From the NCBI GenBank assembly GCA_963829245.1, contig CAWHIM010000008.1, forward strand, positions 67,452 through 131,451: DNA of 64,000 bases, in the 5' to 3' direction. Each line of letters begins with the position of its first letter. The first letter of the stretch is position 1. Positions 45,098 to 56,012 of this stretch are shown here, one piece after another. A model generated the notes under the pieces. That model ran no database searches. It saw nothing but the letters and a program-made list of their open reading frames with translations, and was not told where the DNA came from. This DNA is from an uncultured bacterium (lineage in GTDB: Bacteria > Desulfobacterota > Deferrimicrobia > Deferrimicrobiales > Deferrimicrobiaceae). The translations under genes and the position numbers were made by a program.

Positions 45098-46390
45098 GTG
45101 CGGGGTCGAGGAATGGGGCCGGAAGGCGAAAAGGAAACGGTGCGTCCCGGGGCGGAGGGGCCACCGCCGGGAACGACGAGGTCGGAACGTGCCGAAGGCC
45201 GCGGCGGCCGCTGGCGGGGATATCCCCGCCGGGTCTTTCGCTCCGGAACCGCCCTCCTGCTTCTCGTCGCCGTCCTGGTCGCGGCGTTCGCCGTGTACTG
45301 GTTCCGGTACAGGCCGTGGGTGTCCACCGACGACGCCCAGGTGGACGGCCACATCAGCACGGTCAGCGCCCGGGTCGGCGGATACGTAACGCGGGTCAAC
45401 GTGGACGACAACCGCAAGGTGGAGGCCGGTGCGATCCTGGCGGAGATCGACCCCTCCGGGTACGGGATCGCGTTGGAAAAGGCGAAGGCGGAGTACGCCG
45501 ACGCCGTCGCCTCCGCAGAGGCGGCGCGCACCGGCGTGCCCATCGCATCCGTGACCACCGCCAGCCAGCTGGCGACCGCCCGGGCGGCGGTGGAAAACGG
45601 CCGGGCCGGAGTCGTCGCGGCGGAAAGGCAGCTCGAAGGCGCGCAGGCCCGGGAGCGGGAAGCGGAAGCCAACAATGCAAGGGCGCAGAAGGACCTGCAA
45701 CGGTACGCGATGCTGGTGTCCCGGGGCGCCGTGGCGCGTCAGACCTACGACCTGGGGGTCGCAACGGCCAAGACCTCGGCGGCATCCCTGGACGTGGCGC
45801 GCGCCGCGACGCATGCCGCCGGGGAGCAGGTGGTCCAGGCCCGCGGCCGCTTGGCGCAGACCCAGGCGGAACTGCGGACGGCGGGCACGGGGCCGCGTCA
45901 GATCTCCATCACCCGGGCGCGGGCCGACAGCGCGGACGCCGCCGTGAAAAAGGCCCGGGCGGCCCTGGAGCAGGCGCGGCTCAACCTCCAATACACGAAG
46001 GTCGTGGCGCCCGTCTCCGGGATCGTCGGAAACCGGACGGCCGAGGTGGGACAGAACGTCTCGCCCGGCCAGGCGCTGCTCTCCATCGTGCAGGTCGGGG
46101 ACCTCTGGGTGACCGCCAACTTCAAGGAAACCCAGATCCGGGGCATGAAGCCGGGGCAGCCGGTGCAGATCTACGTAGACGTGAACGGCCATACCTACGA
46201 GGGACGCGTGGACAGCATCGGGGCGGCGAGCGGCGCGCGCTTCAGCCTGTTTCCCCCCGAGAACGCCACGGGCAATTACGTGAAAGTGGTGCAGAGAGTC
46301 CCGGTGAAGATCGTGTTCGAGAACGGCCAGGACGTGGAGCAAATGCTCCGTCCCGGCATGTCGGTGGAGCCGGAGGTGAAGGTGAGATGA
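45098..46390 (+). CDS. emrA: HlyD/EmrA-family membrane fusion protein
   Basis: WVSTDDAQVDGHISTVSARVGGYV, coiled-coil middle, YTKVVAPVSGIVGNRTAEVGQNV, NYVKVVQRVPVKI. Start uncertain (GTG 45098). Confidence 0.8.
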   Translation: MRGRGMGPEGEKETVRPGAEGPPPGTTRSERAEGRGGRWRGYPRRVFRSGTALLLLVAVLVAAFAVYWFRYRPWVSTDDAQVDGHISTVSARVGGYVTRVNVDDNRKVEAGAILAEIDPSGYGIALEKAKAEYADAVASAEAARTGVPIASVTTASQLATARAAVENGRAGVVAAERQLEGAQAREREAEANNARAQKDLQRYAMLVSRGAVARQTYDLGVATAKTSAASLDVARAATHAAGEQVVQARGRLAQTQAELRTAGTGPRQISITRARADSADAAVKKARAALEQARLNLQYTKVVAPVSGIVGNRTAEVGQNVSPGQALLSIVQVGDLWVTANFKETQIRGMKPGQPVQIYVDVNGHTYEGRVDSIGAASGARFSLFPPENATGNYVKVVQRVPVKIVFENGQDVEQMLRPGMSVEPEVKVR

Positions 46391-47973
46391 CGTCCCCGGC
46401 GGTCCCCGGAATCGGGGAGGCCTTGCGCGGGAGTGGCGTCCGCGCGCGAACCCCTGGGTCATCACCGCAGCCGTGATGATGGCCACCTTCATGGAGGTCC
46501 TGGACACGTCGATCGCCGTCGTGGCCCTGCCCCACATCGCCGGCAACCTCTCGGCGTCGACCGACGAGGCCACCTGGGTGCTGACCAGTTACCTCGTCGC
46601 CAACGCCGTCATCCTGCCGGCCAGCGGCTGGCTTGCCGAGTATTTCGGCCGCAAGCGGTTCCTCATCGCGTGCATCGGCATTTTCATGGCGTCCTCCTTC
46701 GCCTGCGGCATCGCGCCCAGCCTCGGTTTGCTGGTCGTCGCCCGGGTCCTCCAGGGTGTGGGGGAGGAGCGCTGCAGCCGATCTCGCAGGCGATCCTGCT
46801 GGAGAGCTTCCCCCCGGAGAAGCGGGGCATGGCGATGGCCGCCTTCGGGCTCGGCGTGGTCGTGGCGCCGATCATCGGCCCGACCCTGGGGGGTGGCTCA
46901 CGGACAACTACTCCTGGCGATGGGCCTTCTACATCAACATCCCGGTGGGAGTGGCGGCCATCCTCATGACGCGGGCGTTCGTGGAGGATCCCCCGTATAT
47001 CCGGGACGCGAAGCCCGGGAAGATCGACTCCGTCGGGTTCGGACTGATGGCGGTGTCGATCGCCACGCTCCAGGTCATCCTGGACAAGGGGCAGCAGGTG
47101 GGGTGGTTCGACGCGCCCTGGATCCGCTGGTTCGCCATCCTCTGCGCGGTGACGATGGTCGCGTTTATCGCGTGGGAGCTTCGCGTGGAGGAGCCCATCG
47201 TGAACCTCCGGGTGTTGCGCAACCGCAACTTCGCCGTGGGAACCCTCCTGATCACGTTGATGGGGATCGCCCTGTACGGCATGCTGACGCTTCAGCCGCT
47301 CTTCCTCCAGACCCTGATCGGATACACGGCGCTCCAGAGCGGACTGGCGGTCAGCCCGCGAGGCCTTGGGGCCCTGCTGATGATGCCGCTGGTCGGCTAT
47401 CTCACCAACGTGATGGACAAGCGCGTCATGATCGGGTTCGGCTTTCTCCTCTTCGGCGCCACCTCCCTCATGCTGGGAAACGTGAACCTGCAGGTCTCCA
47501 TGAGCAGCGTCGTCTGGCCGATCGCCTTGAGCGGGATCGCGTCCGCCCTGATCTGGGTACCCCTGGCCACCGTGACGATGGGGACCCTGCGCAGGGAAGA
47601 GATGGGAAACGCCACGGGGATCTTCAACCTGATGCGGAACATCGGCGGCAGCATCGGGATCTCCGTCGTGGCGACCATGCTGGTCCGGAACGCCCAGGCG
47701 CACCAGGCGAACATGGTCGCGCACCTGGTGCCGAGCAACCCGGTCTTCCACTCCCGCTTCCTGGAACTCCAGGGCGCCTTCCTGTCCCGCTTCGGCCCGG
47801 TCGAGGCTTCCCGCAAGGCGATGGCCGCGATTTACGCGGAACTCCTGCGGCAGGCGAACCTGTGGTCATTCGTCGACAACTTCCGCTTCGTGGCGTGGGT
47901 GTGCGTCGCCTGTTTCACCGCGATCTTCCTGCTGGAAAAAGCCGAAGGCGGCGGAGCGATCGGGGTTCACTGA
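46387..47973 (+). pseudogene. emrB: EmrB/QacA-family (DHA2) MFS efflux permease, three 1-nt deletions in G-runs
   Basis: ATG 46387 makes an ATGA overlap with emrA. The sequence runs MTSPAVPGIGEALRG / EWRPRANPWVITAAVMMATFMEVLDTS...VLQGVG / GGALQPISQAILLESFPPEKRGMAMAAFG...PTLGG / [17 protein letters not shown]... to 47973, with junctions at G3 46429-31, G5 46760-64 and G6 46888-93. Confidence 0.8.
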
Positions 47974-48103
47974 TCCGGGAGAGAGAGGGGCGGCCATCAT
48001 CGTCCCCACCGCTCCGGCCAACCTGATCGGTAACGTGCACCCGGCACGGCTCGGGCAGGCGGCGCCGGGCCTCCAAGCCACGATGACATCCCGCGGGATG
48101 CGT

Positions 48104-50542
48104 TCATGATCCACGGACTGCCACCTCGAAATCCCTCCCTTCCCAACGTCCCGCGTCCGTCCAGAAAAACGTAAAGCGGATCCGGCCGCCCTGTTGGGGG
48201 AGAATGTCGATATCCAGGTAATCGATCCCCAACGCGGTCGGGGTGGAATGCGAATCTTCGGTAGCCCCCCAGTCGTTGCGCGTCCAATGGAGGAGAAACG
48301 GCGCCCCTGCCAGGATGCGAAGGATGGACCCCTCCCGGACCTCGGGAACCTGGCGGTTGTGCTTCCAGATTTCCATAGGCTTGCCACCCCTCCTTCCGGA
48401 GAGATAGCGGTCCGCCACCTCGGGGACGAGGTCGAACACCTTGCCGTCCGCCGCCGACCGGAGCAACTTGATGTACTCGGCGTGCGCCCACATCAGCGGC
48501 CTGGCGGAGCCGGTGGGCCGTCCCAGGTACATGTAGAGATCGGGCCGGTCCGGCTCGTCCCAGACTTGTTCCGGCAGCAATCCGGTCCGGGAAGCGAACC
48601 CCTCCAACGCCTGGAGGTACGGACCCGGGGGCCGTCCGGCCGCCAGCTCGTAATGCCCCCGCTCCCCGGTGAGCAGGGGCCACGCGCGCCCCTTCCCATA
48701 CCCGACGAACGGCCCGCCATCCTCTCTCTGCCCGTACCCGTCATGATTGTACCGCCGCCAGCACGGGCCGTCCGGCGTGTCCACTTTGAGCAGGGCATCC
48801 AGGACGCGCAGGGAGTCGACGATCACGGGATCGTCCGCCTTCCGGATCCCGTACCGGACAAGCTCGAGGAACCCCCCGTCGACGATCTCCTTCGCGGGAA
48901 ACCGCCAGCGGGAACCCGGGGGCCTGTTGTTCAAGACAAGGAGACCGACATTGGGGTCCTCGTCAGGGAACGGGTCGTGCACATCCACCGGAAGAATGCG
49001 GATGAAATGCCTTGGTATCCCGGGGACGAGCGTCCCCTCCGTGGTCACCATCCATGCTTCGACGTGGCCTTCGAGAAAGTCGGCGTACTCTTCGAGGAAT
49101 GCGGCCGTCGCCGCGTCTCCCCCTTCGCGGGCGAAGGAGGCCGCGCAGACCAGCGCCGCGATGTTGGAGGCGATGGTGGACGGAGAATAGCCGCAGGCCT
49201 CTTCCCACCGCTCCTGCTGGGTCGCAGGTCCATGGAGGATCAGGTACCGTGCCGCCCCCATCACCATCGGATAGGGGTCGAAGTTCCCGAGATCCCCCTT
49301 GCGCAGCAGGCGCCACGCCAGGAGGATGGGGAAGGCCACCTCGTCGAGCTGGATCCCACGCCAGTACGGCTCGCCGTCGATCCAGAAGTTCTGGGGAAAT
49401 CCGCCGTCCTCGTCCTGGCTGACGGCCAGGTAGATCAGCGCACGCAACGGCGACTCGGTGTTCCCCGCGGCGAGGAGGCCCGTGGCCGTGTTGACCAAGT
49501 CCCTCGTCCAGACGAGGTGGTACCCGCCCCGATCCCTGTCGTCCCTGGCCTCCCCCCACGGGATGGACAGCGAAGCGATGAAGGCCCCGGGGAAGGTCTT
49601 GTCTTCGTGGGCGAGAAGCAGGCTGTAGCTCCCGTGATAGAGCTCCCCGCCGTCGGACGCCGCTTTTTCGAGCGGGAGGATGCGCCGGCAGGACCGGTTC
49701 CACTGGTCCGCGAACCGTTCCCGCTGTTCGGCGAAGGGGGTCGCGAGGGATTCCAGGAGCGTCGTCGCCGCGTTGTGCAGTCCATCGCCGAAAGCGAGCC
49801 CCATCGTGAACTCCCGGCGATCGCCCAGGTCCAGCTCGCCGGTGAGGGCGACATTTCCATCCGTGGCCCGGTCGAACTCCCACTCCATCCGGTAATCGGC
49901 GGAGAGGTCCGTCCAGCCGTCGCTTCGGCCTACGTAGCCGCAGGACAGGCGCGAGAAGGGAACGGTGGCCGCCAGCGCGAGCCAGACCCCGTTCTTCTCC
50001 GCGGTCAGGATTTTCCTGCCCGCGATTTCCATCACGCGAGCGTTGTTCCCCCACCCCCCCATCCCGAGGTGGGGGGCGCACAGGGCGTAAAGTCGGAGCC
50101 TTTTCGTTAATGATTCTTCCCCGGAGAGGGTCGTGTTCACGAGGAGGCACGGCAGGTGGGGGTCGGAGATGACCTCCTTGACGATGGAATAGCGCCCCTC
50201 CGGGTCGGAGTTCGTGATCCTGTACCCAAGAACATGATGGGAGAGACGTTCCGTCATGGAATGGAGATGACGCTTCTCCTCGTGGAAGAAACTCTCCCCG
50301 TCCGTGATAAGGAACTGGAGATCCCGGAGCTGCGGCCGATCCACGGTCGGGTAGTAGACCTCGGTGACGACCCCGTTCCAGATGGTGAACCAGAGCCTGC
50401 TGGAGCTGGCGTAGGCCGTTCCGACCCCGTCTTTAGCACCATGGGTCCAACGGGGCGGGATCCCCGGCCCTCCAAACGCCTCTCTCCGATCGGCATCCTT
50501 CCTCATCGCGGCTCCTTTCGGTGATAGGGGGGATTCCATCAT
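48104..50542 (-). CDS. GH15 glucoamylase/glucodextranase-family glycoside hydrolase
   Basis: Intact 812-aa ORF. N-terminal beta-sandwich region (WFTIWNGVVTEVYYPTVD), catalytic (alpha/alpha)6 region (GGYHLVWTRDLVNTA, GLLPEQVWDE). Confidence 0.8.
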   Translation of the reverse strand: MMESPLSPKGAAMRKDADRREAFGGPGIPPRWTHGAKDGVGTAYASSSRLWFTIWNGVVTEVYYPTVDRPQLRDLQFLITDGESFFHEEKRHLHSMTERLSHHVLGYRITNSDPEGRYSIVKEVISDPHLPCLLVNTTLSGEESLTKRLRLYALCAPHLGMGGWGNNARVMEIAGRKILTAEKNGVWLALAATVPFSRLSCGYVGRSDGWTDLSADYRMEWEFDRATDGNVALTGELDLGDRREFTMGLAFGDGLHNAATTLLESLATPFAEQRERFADQWNRSCRRILPLEKAASDGGELYHGSYSLLLAHEDKTFPGAFIASLSIPWGEARDDRDRGGYHLVWTRDLVNTATGLLAAGNTESPLRALIYLAVSQDEDGGFPQNFWIDGEPYWRGIQLDEVAFPILLAWRLLRKGDLGNFDPYPMVMGAARYLILHGPATQQERWEEACGYSPSTIASNIAALVCAASFAREGGDAATAAFLEEYADFLEGHVEAWMVTTEGTLVPGIPRHFIRILPVDVHDPFPDEDPNVGLLVLNNRPPGSRWRFPAKEIVDGGFLELVRYGIRKADDPVIVDSLRVLDALLKVDTPDGPCWRRYNHDGYGQREDGGPFVGYGKGRAWPLLTGERGHYELAAGRPPGPYLQALEGFASRTGLLPEQVWDEPDRPDLYMYLGRPTGSARPLMWAHAEYIKLLRSAADGKVFDLVPEVADRYLSGRRGGKPMEIWKHNRQVPEVREGSILRILAGAPFLLHWTRNDWGATEDSHSTPTALGIDYLDIDILPQQGGRIRFTFFWTDAGRWEGRDFEVAVRGS

Positions 50543-50586
50543 CCCCGATACTTGTCACGGCCGGTGCAACCCGGTGGAACGACGGC

Positions 50587-50964
50587 TTACGGGCCCGCCC
50601 TCGTCAGGCCGAACAGAAGAACCGCGAGGACGATCAGGGTCACCACGACGTAGGTGCGGTCCCTTTGCAGGGTGAAGGCGACCACGGAGAAGGCCACCCG
50701 CCCCACGGGGACGGCGATCAGCAACAAGAGCCCGAACTGGATCAACCCGCGGCTGTGCCAGGAAACGGCACCCCTCACGATTCCCGACACATTCCGCAGG
50801 TCCGACGGTTCCCCGCGAAACACCCGGTAATCGGGCATCGTGGACCCGTGGCGGACCATATACACGGCGCCTCCCGCCAGGACAACCGCAGCCGCCAGGA
50901 TGACCCCCCACCGCAGGAGAGTTCCGATCACCCACTCCACACGCTCATCGGTCCATGCGCGCAT
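50587..50964 (-). CDS. DUF1634-family membrane protein (usual partner of TauE/SafE)
   Basis: VEWVIGTLLRWGVILAAAVVLAGGAVYMVRHG, IQFGLLLLIAVPVGRVAFSVVAF. Confidence 0.75.
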   Translation of the reverse strand: MRAWTDERVEWVIGTLLRWGVILAAAVVLAGGAVYMVRHGSTMPDYRVFRGEPSDLRNVSGIVRGAVSWHSRGLIQFGLLLLIAVPVGRVAFSVVAFTLQRDRTYVVVTLIVLAVLLFGLTRAGP

Positions 50965-50977
50965 ATTCGGGATTCTC

Positions 50978-51815
50978 CTAAAACCTCCCCGTCAGGCCGT
51001 TGTAGATGAGTTCCACTCCGAGCGCCAGAATGACCAGGCTGAAGACGATGCGCAGGATCCGGGACTTGGCGCGGGCCAATACCTTTGCCCCCAGCGTGGA
51101 TCCCGCGAGCACCCCCAGCATGACCGGCATCGCCAGGACCGGGTCGATGTATCCGCGGCTCAGGTAGACTCCGGCGCTGGCGGCTGCCGTCACGCCGATC
51201 ATGAAGTTGCTGGTGGTCGTCGAAACCTTGAACGGAATGCGCATGACCTGGTCCATGGCGAGCACCTTGACGGCCCCCGACCCGATCCCGAGCAAGCCGG
51301 AGAGCGCTCCGGCGACGAACATCAGACCGAATCCGCCAGGGACATTGCGCACGCGGTAGGACTGCGGACCATCGGACGTCGGGTAGGTCGAATCCATCCT
51401 CAGGAAGGTTGCCAAAGGGTCGGGGCGGGTCGGCGGAAGGATGTTCCGGCCGGGAGCGGTTCGACAGGTACGCCGAGTAGAAGAGGACGACCCCGAAGAT
51501 GACCGCAATTGCGGAAGTGGACATCCTGGCGGCCAGGAAAGCCCCGGCCAAGGCCCCGATGGTTGTCGCGATCTCCAGGAACATCCCGATCCGGAGGTTG
51601 GAGTATCCTTCCTTGACGTAGGCCGCCGCGGCTCCGGAAGAGGTGGCGATGACCGAGACGAGCGAGGCGCCGATGGCATACCGGATGTCGACCCCGAACA
51701 CTAAAGCGAGGAGAGGCACGATGACGACACCGCCCCCCAGTCCCGTCAGGGAACCGAGGAATCCCGCCGCCACGCCCCCCAGACAGACAAGGAGCGAGAA
51801 TTCCAGGGAGTTCAT
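50978..51815 (-). pseudogene. TauE/SafE-family sulfite/anion exporter, one frame disruption near 51395-51445
   Basis: ORF 50928-51815 is TauE-like as far as LFYSAYLSNRSRPE. The remainder (DPLATFLRMDS...GALSGLLGIGSGAVKV...LGVELIYNG) continues in ORF 50978-51679. Confidence 0.75.
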
Positions 51816-51894
51816 GTCTCATCTCCAGGTCCGCCATCCACAATACTTGGAAACGTTTGCCCCCGACCGGATTCATAAAAAAGGAGGATCTCCC

Positions 51895-52701
51895 ATGGAC
51901 CCGAACACCCTGAAAGGTCAGCCCGCCCTCGTCACCGGCGCAAACTCCGGCATCGGTTACGGCGTGGCGAAAGCGCTCGCCGCCGCGGGCGCTTCCGTCG
52001 TCGTGAACTACGTGACGGATCCTCCATCCGCGGAACGGGTCGTCGACGAGATCCGGACAGCCGGCGGAGAAGCCATGGCGATCCGCGCCGACGTGAGCAG
52101 GGAAGACGAGGTCCAGGCGATGTTCCGGAAGATGTTCGACGTCTACGGCACGATCCACATTCTCGTCAACAACGCCGGGCTTCAAAGGGACGCCGGATTC
52201 GTCGACATGACGCTGCACGACTGGGAATTCGTTCTGTCGGTCAACCTCACGGGCCAATTCCTCTGCGCCCGCGAGGCGGCGCGGGAATTCCTCCGCCGGG
52301 GCGTGGTCCCGGAGGTCTCGTGCGCCGCGGGGAAGATCCTGTGCATGTCGTCCGTCCACGAGGTCATCCCCTGGGCAGGGCACGTCAATTACGCCGCATC
52401 AAAAGGCGGAGTGATGTTGCTGATGAAATCGCTGGCGCAGGAACTGGCCCCGCACCGGGTCCGCGTCAACAGCCTCTGCCCCGGGGCGATCCGGACCCCC
52501 ATCAACACCGCCGCATGGTCCACTCCCGAAGCGCTCTCCCGGCTATTGACACTGATCCCGTACGGCCGCATCGGCGAACCGGAAGACATCGGCCGCGCGG
52601 CGGTCTGGCTCGCCTCGGATTCATCGGATTACGTGAACGGAACATCCCTCTACATCGACGGGGGGATGACGCTCTTCCCGGGGTTCTCAACGAACGGGTG
52701 A
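51895..52701 (+). CDS. SDR-family oxidoreductase (glucose 1-dehydrogenase-like)
   Basis: ORF 51643-52701 trimmed to ATG 51895 (SD AAGGAGGA). TGANSGIGYGVA, NNAG, catalytic YAASK. Confidence 0.85.
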   Translation: MDPNTLKGQPALVTGANSGIGYGVAKALAAAGASVVVNYVTDPPSAERVVDEIRTAGGEAMAIRADVSREDEVQAMFRKMFDVYGTIHILVNNAGLQRDAGFVDMTLHDWEFVLSVNLTGQFLCAREAAREFLRRGVVPEVSCAAGKILCMSSVHEVIPWAGHVNYAASKGGVMLLMKSLAQELAPHRVRVNSLCPGAIRTPINTAAWSTPEALSRLLTLIPYGRIGEPEDIGRAAVWLASDSSDYVNGTSLYIDGGMTLFPGFSTNG

Positions 52702-52808
52702 CGCCGGAGAGGTCCCGCCCGGGGAGAGGATGGCACCAATTCCATTCGTCGTGCATCTATCTTTGCAAGAAGTCACGATTTCGTACCGGACGAAGGATCC
52801 GTGAACCG

Positions 52809-55497
52809 ATGAGCGGAAAAGGGGGAAGCGTGCATACCATCGGAAAATACTTTGTAGCCCTTGCGGTTGTGGCGCTCCTTTTCCTTCCGGTCCCCTCGCG
52901 GGCGGACGGGGAAGCGAATATCGTCCGGGCGAAACTCAAGAACGGGCTGCAGGTGGTCGTCGTGCGGAACGCGCTGGCGCCGGTGGTGACCACCGAGGTC
53001 AACTACCTCGCCGGTTCCAACGAGGCTCCGGAGGGGTTCCCGGGAATGGCCCACGCCGAGGAACACATGATGTTCCGCGGGAGCCCGGGGCTCTCCGCAT
53101 CCCAGTTTTCCACAATCAGTGCCGCGCTGGGTGGCGAGTCCAATGCCGACACCCAGCAGGTCGTGACGCAATATTTCCTGACCGTTCCCTCCGACGCCCT
53201 CGATACCGCGCTGCGGATCGAGGCGATCCGGATGCGGGCGGCCCTCAATACGGAAGAGCTTTGGAGGCTCGAACGGGGAGCGATCGAGCAGGAGGTCGCG
53301 CAAGATCTCTCGAATCCCCAATATATCTTCTACACCAGGCTGCTCGAAGCGCTGTTCGCGGGACACGCCGTACGCCCATGACGCGCTCGGGACGCGTCCC
53401 TCCTTCGACAAGACGACTGGAGCGATGCTCGACAAATTCCACAGGGACTGGTACGGACCGAACAACGCCATCCTGGTCATCGTCGGCGACGTGGATCCCG
53501 CCCGGGCGCTCGCGAATGTGAAACGATATTTCGGTCCGATCCCTCCGCGCGTCCATCCGCCCCGCGCCGAGGTCCGGCTTACATCGCTCAAGCCCGCCGT
53601 CATCGAACTCGATACCGACCTCCCGTACGGCCTGGCCGCGGTGGCCTACCGCCTGCCGGGCTATAAGAGCCCGGATTATGCCCCGGGGCAGGTCCTGGCG
53701 GACGTCCTGGACAGCAAGCGCGGAAATCTCTATGGCCTTGTGCCGGAAGGGAAGGCGCTTTCCGCGGGGTTCGACGGGGATGCCCTCCCGGAGGCCGCAT
53801 TCGGCTACGCAAGCGCGTCGTTTCCCCCCGGAGGGGACGGGGCCGCGCTGGTAACCGCGATGAAGGGAATCGTCGCCGGCTATCTCAAGGCCGGAATCCC
53901 GCCTGCCCTCGTGGAGGCGGCGAAACGCCACGAGGTAGCCGACGCCGAGTTCCGGAAGAATTCGGTGGAGGGCCTTGCGGCGGCGTGGTCACAGGCGCTT
54001 GCCATCGAAGGGCGGAACTCTCCGGACGACGACATCGAATCGATCCGGAAGGTCACGGTCGAGGACGTCAACCGCGTCGCGCGGGAATACCTTGTCAACG
54101 AGACGGCGACCACGGCCGTCCTGACCCCGCGTTCGTCCGGCGCCCCGGTCTCCGGGAATCGGTTCGGTGGCGGAGAATCGTTCGCCCCGAAGCGGGCGAA
54201 ACCGGCCCGGCTTCCCGGCTGGGCGAAGAAGGTCGTGACGACGTCCGTCCCTCCCGCGTCATCGGTGAAGCCGGCCGACATCCTGTTGGCCAATGGCCTG
54301 CGCCTGATCGTGCAGCCCGAGACCATCAGCCGGACGGTGACCGTTTCCGGCAGGATCCGGAGCAACCCCGACCTCCAGGCGCCGGTGGGAAAGGAAGGAG
54401 TCGATCGGGTCCTGAGCGATCTCTTTCCGTACGGAACGGCCACCCTGGATCGGCTCGCCTTCCAGGAGGCGCAGGATAACATCGCCGCGACCATATCGGC
54501 CGGAACGAGCTTCTCTCTCCGGGTCCCGACGGAGGGGTTCGACCGGGGGGTCCGACTGCTCGCGGAGAACCTCCTCCACCCGACGCTCCCCGAAGACGCG
54601 TTCCGGATCGTCCGCCGGCAGGTGTCGAACGCCGTGGCGGGGGATATCAAAAGTCCCGACTATCTCTCCCGGCGCGCACTCCGGACCGGGCTTTATCCGA
54701 AAGGCGATCCGGAACTGCGACAAGCCACGCCCGCGTCCGTGGAGGGACTTTCGCTCGAGGACGTCCGTGCCTACCACGGCAAGGTCTTCCGGCCGGACAT
54801 GACGACCATCGTCGTCGTCGGCGACGTGACGCCGGAACGCGCGAAGGAGGTCGTCTCGAAATATTTCGGGGGATGGAAGGCGACGGGTCCGAAGCCGGTG
54901 ACCGACCCTCCCCCCGTTCCGCCCAACGTTTCGTCCTCCGCGGCAGTCCCTGACGCGAGTCGGGTCCAGGACGAGGTGATCCTCGGAGAGACGCTCGGTG
55001 TGACGCGGGCCCATCCCGACTACTACACCCTCCAGGTCGGAACCCACGTGCTCGCGGGCGCCTTCTACGCAACCCGCCTGTACCGCGATCTGCGGGAGGA
55101 GACGGGCCTGGTCTACGTCGTCCAGGCGATGTTCAACTCCGGGAAGACACGGGCGGTCTACGCGGTCTTCTACGGCTGCGACCCCGGGAATGTGTCGAAG
55201 GCGCGCGCCCTCGTGGAGCGCGATCTCCGGGAGATGCAGACGACCCCGGTCTCGGCCGACGAACTCCGGCAGGCAAAGACGCTCCTGATCCGGAAGATTC
55301 CCCTGTCGGAGTCGAGCGTGGACGGAATCGCGGAGACGCTTCTGGATCTGTCGCAGAAGGAGTTGCCGCTGGACGAGCCGGTCCGGGCGGCGCAGCGGTA
55401 TCGGAAAATCACGGCGGAGCAGGTCCGGGCCGCATTCCTGAAATGGGTGCGGCCGGCGGATTTCGTCCAGGTGACTCTTGGTCCGGAGGGGAAATAG
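52809..55497 (+). pseudogene. M16 (pitrilysin/insulinase) family zinc peptidase, double-unit ~895 aa, one frame disruption at ~53364
   Basis: Signal peptide, then the inverted zincin motif GMAHAEEHMMFRG (HxxEH) in ORF 52320-53381. LFAG / TPYAHDALGTRPSF...MLDKFHRDWYGPNNA continues in ORF 53425-55497. The second half is an inactive M16 repeat. Confidence 0.8.
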
Positions 55498-55558
55498 GAA
55501 AGCGGAGCAGGTCCGCACGATCCGGGGGAACGGGGCTGGACTAAGTGTTGCGATTCGT

Positions 55559-55968
55559 AAATACGGTAACGAATCCAATCCGGGACTCCGGTCTCGCGGG
55601 GGGCTTCCACTCCGCTACGGCTCGTCGGCCGTCCATGGTCTCCTCGCCTGCGCTTTCGCTCGTTCCCGACGTCCCTGTCTCCACTTCGCTCCAGACGCCG
55701 CTGCGTGGAACCCCCCGCTGCGCCCTGCGTCCCATATACCTCCGAAGGCGCATCGGAGCGGGATACCCCTTCCGAGCGGGCATGTGTTTTTTCCGGCCGC
55801 TCCTGCGCATCCCTGCGCCCGCGGCACTTGGCCATCCATGGCCATCGGAGCCGGGCCGGGAGGGAAAAACACCTGCCAGTGAAGGCAGCCAGGGAGGGCT
55901 GCCGGAACGTAGCGAGGAAGGGGGTATCACGCGAAGATCAAAGCGCCTACGGTTACGTTACCGTATTT
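55559..55968. repeat. 13-bp perfect inverted-repeat pair bounding ~385 bp of non-coding DNA
   Basis: AAATACGGTAACG (55559-55571) and CGTTACCGTATTT (55956-55968). Partial matches extend ~18 bp outward to CTAAGT (55541) and ACTAAG (55986). Confidence 0.75.
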
Positions 55969-56012
55969 GTGAAATGGAGTACTAAGACTCACCGGCGTGA
56001 CGCTTCCGGTCA

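Noticed and set aside
44837-50150. Long shadow ORFs opposite or out of frame with emrA, emrB and GH15, for example 44837-46573 (-, 578 aa), 44962-46476 (+, 504 aa), 48194-50110 (+, 638 aa) and 48963-50150 (-, 395 aa).
   Set aside because: The reasoning is the same: non-protein-like composition, and each overlaps a frame with clear family motifs.
55498-56012. Known structured RNAs in the large convergent gap: RNase P, SRP/4.5S, tmRNA, 6S, cobalamin riboswitch, group II intron domain V.
   Set aside because: I found none of the following on either strand: the GAGGAAAGUCCGG-type P4 motif, the SRP GGAAGCAGCC apical motif in context, tmRNA ends, or the B12 box. The CGTACGGTT-like string at the right end is part of the inverted repeat, and the unit is too short for an intron. 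An unknown RNA is not excluded.
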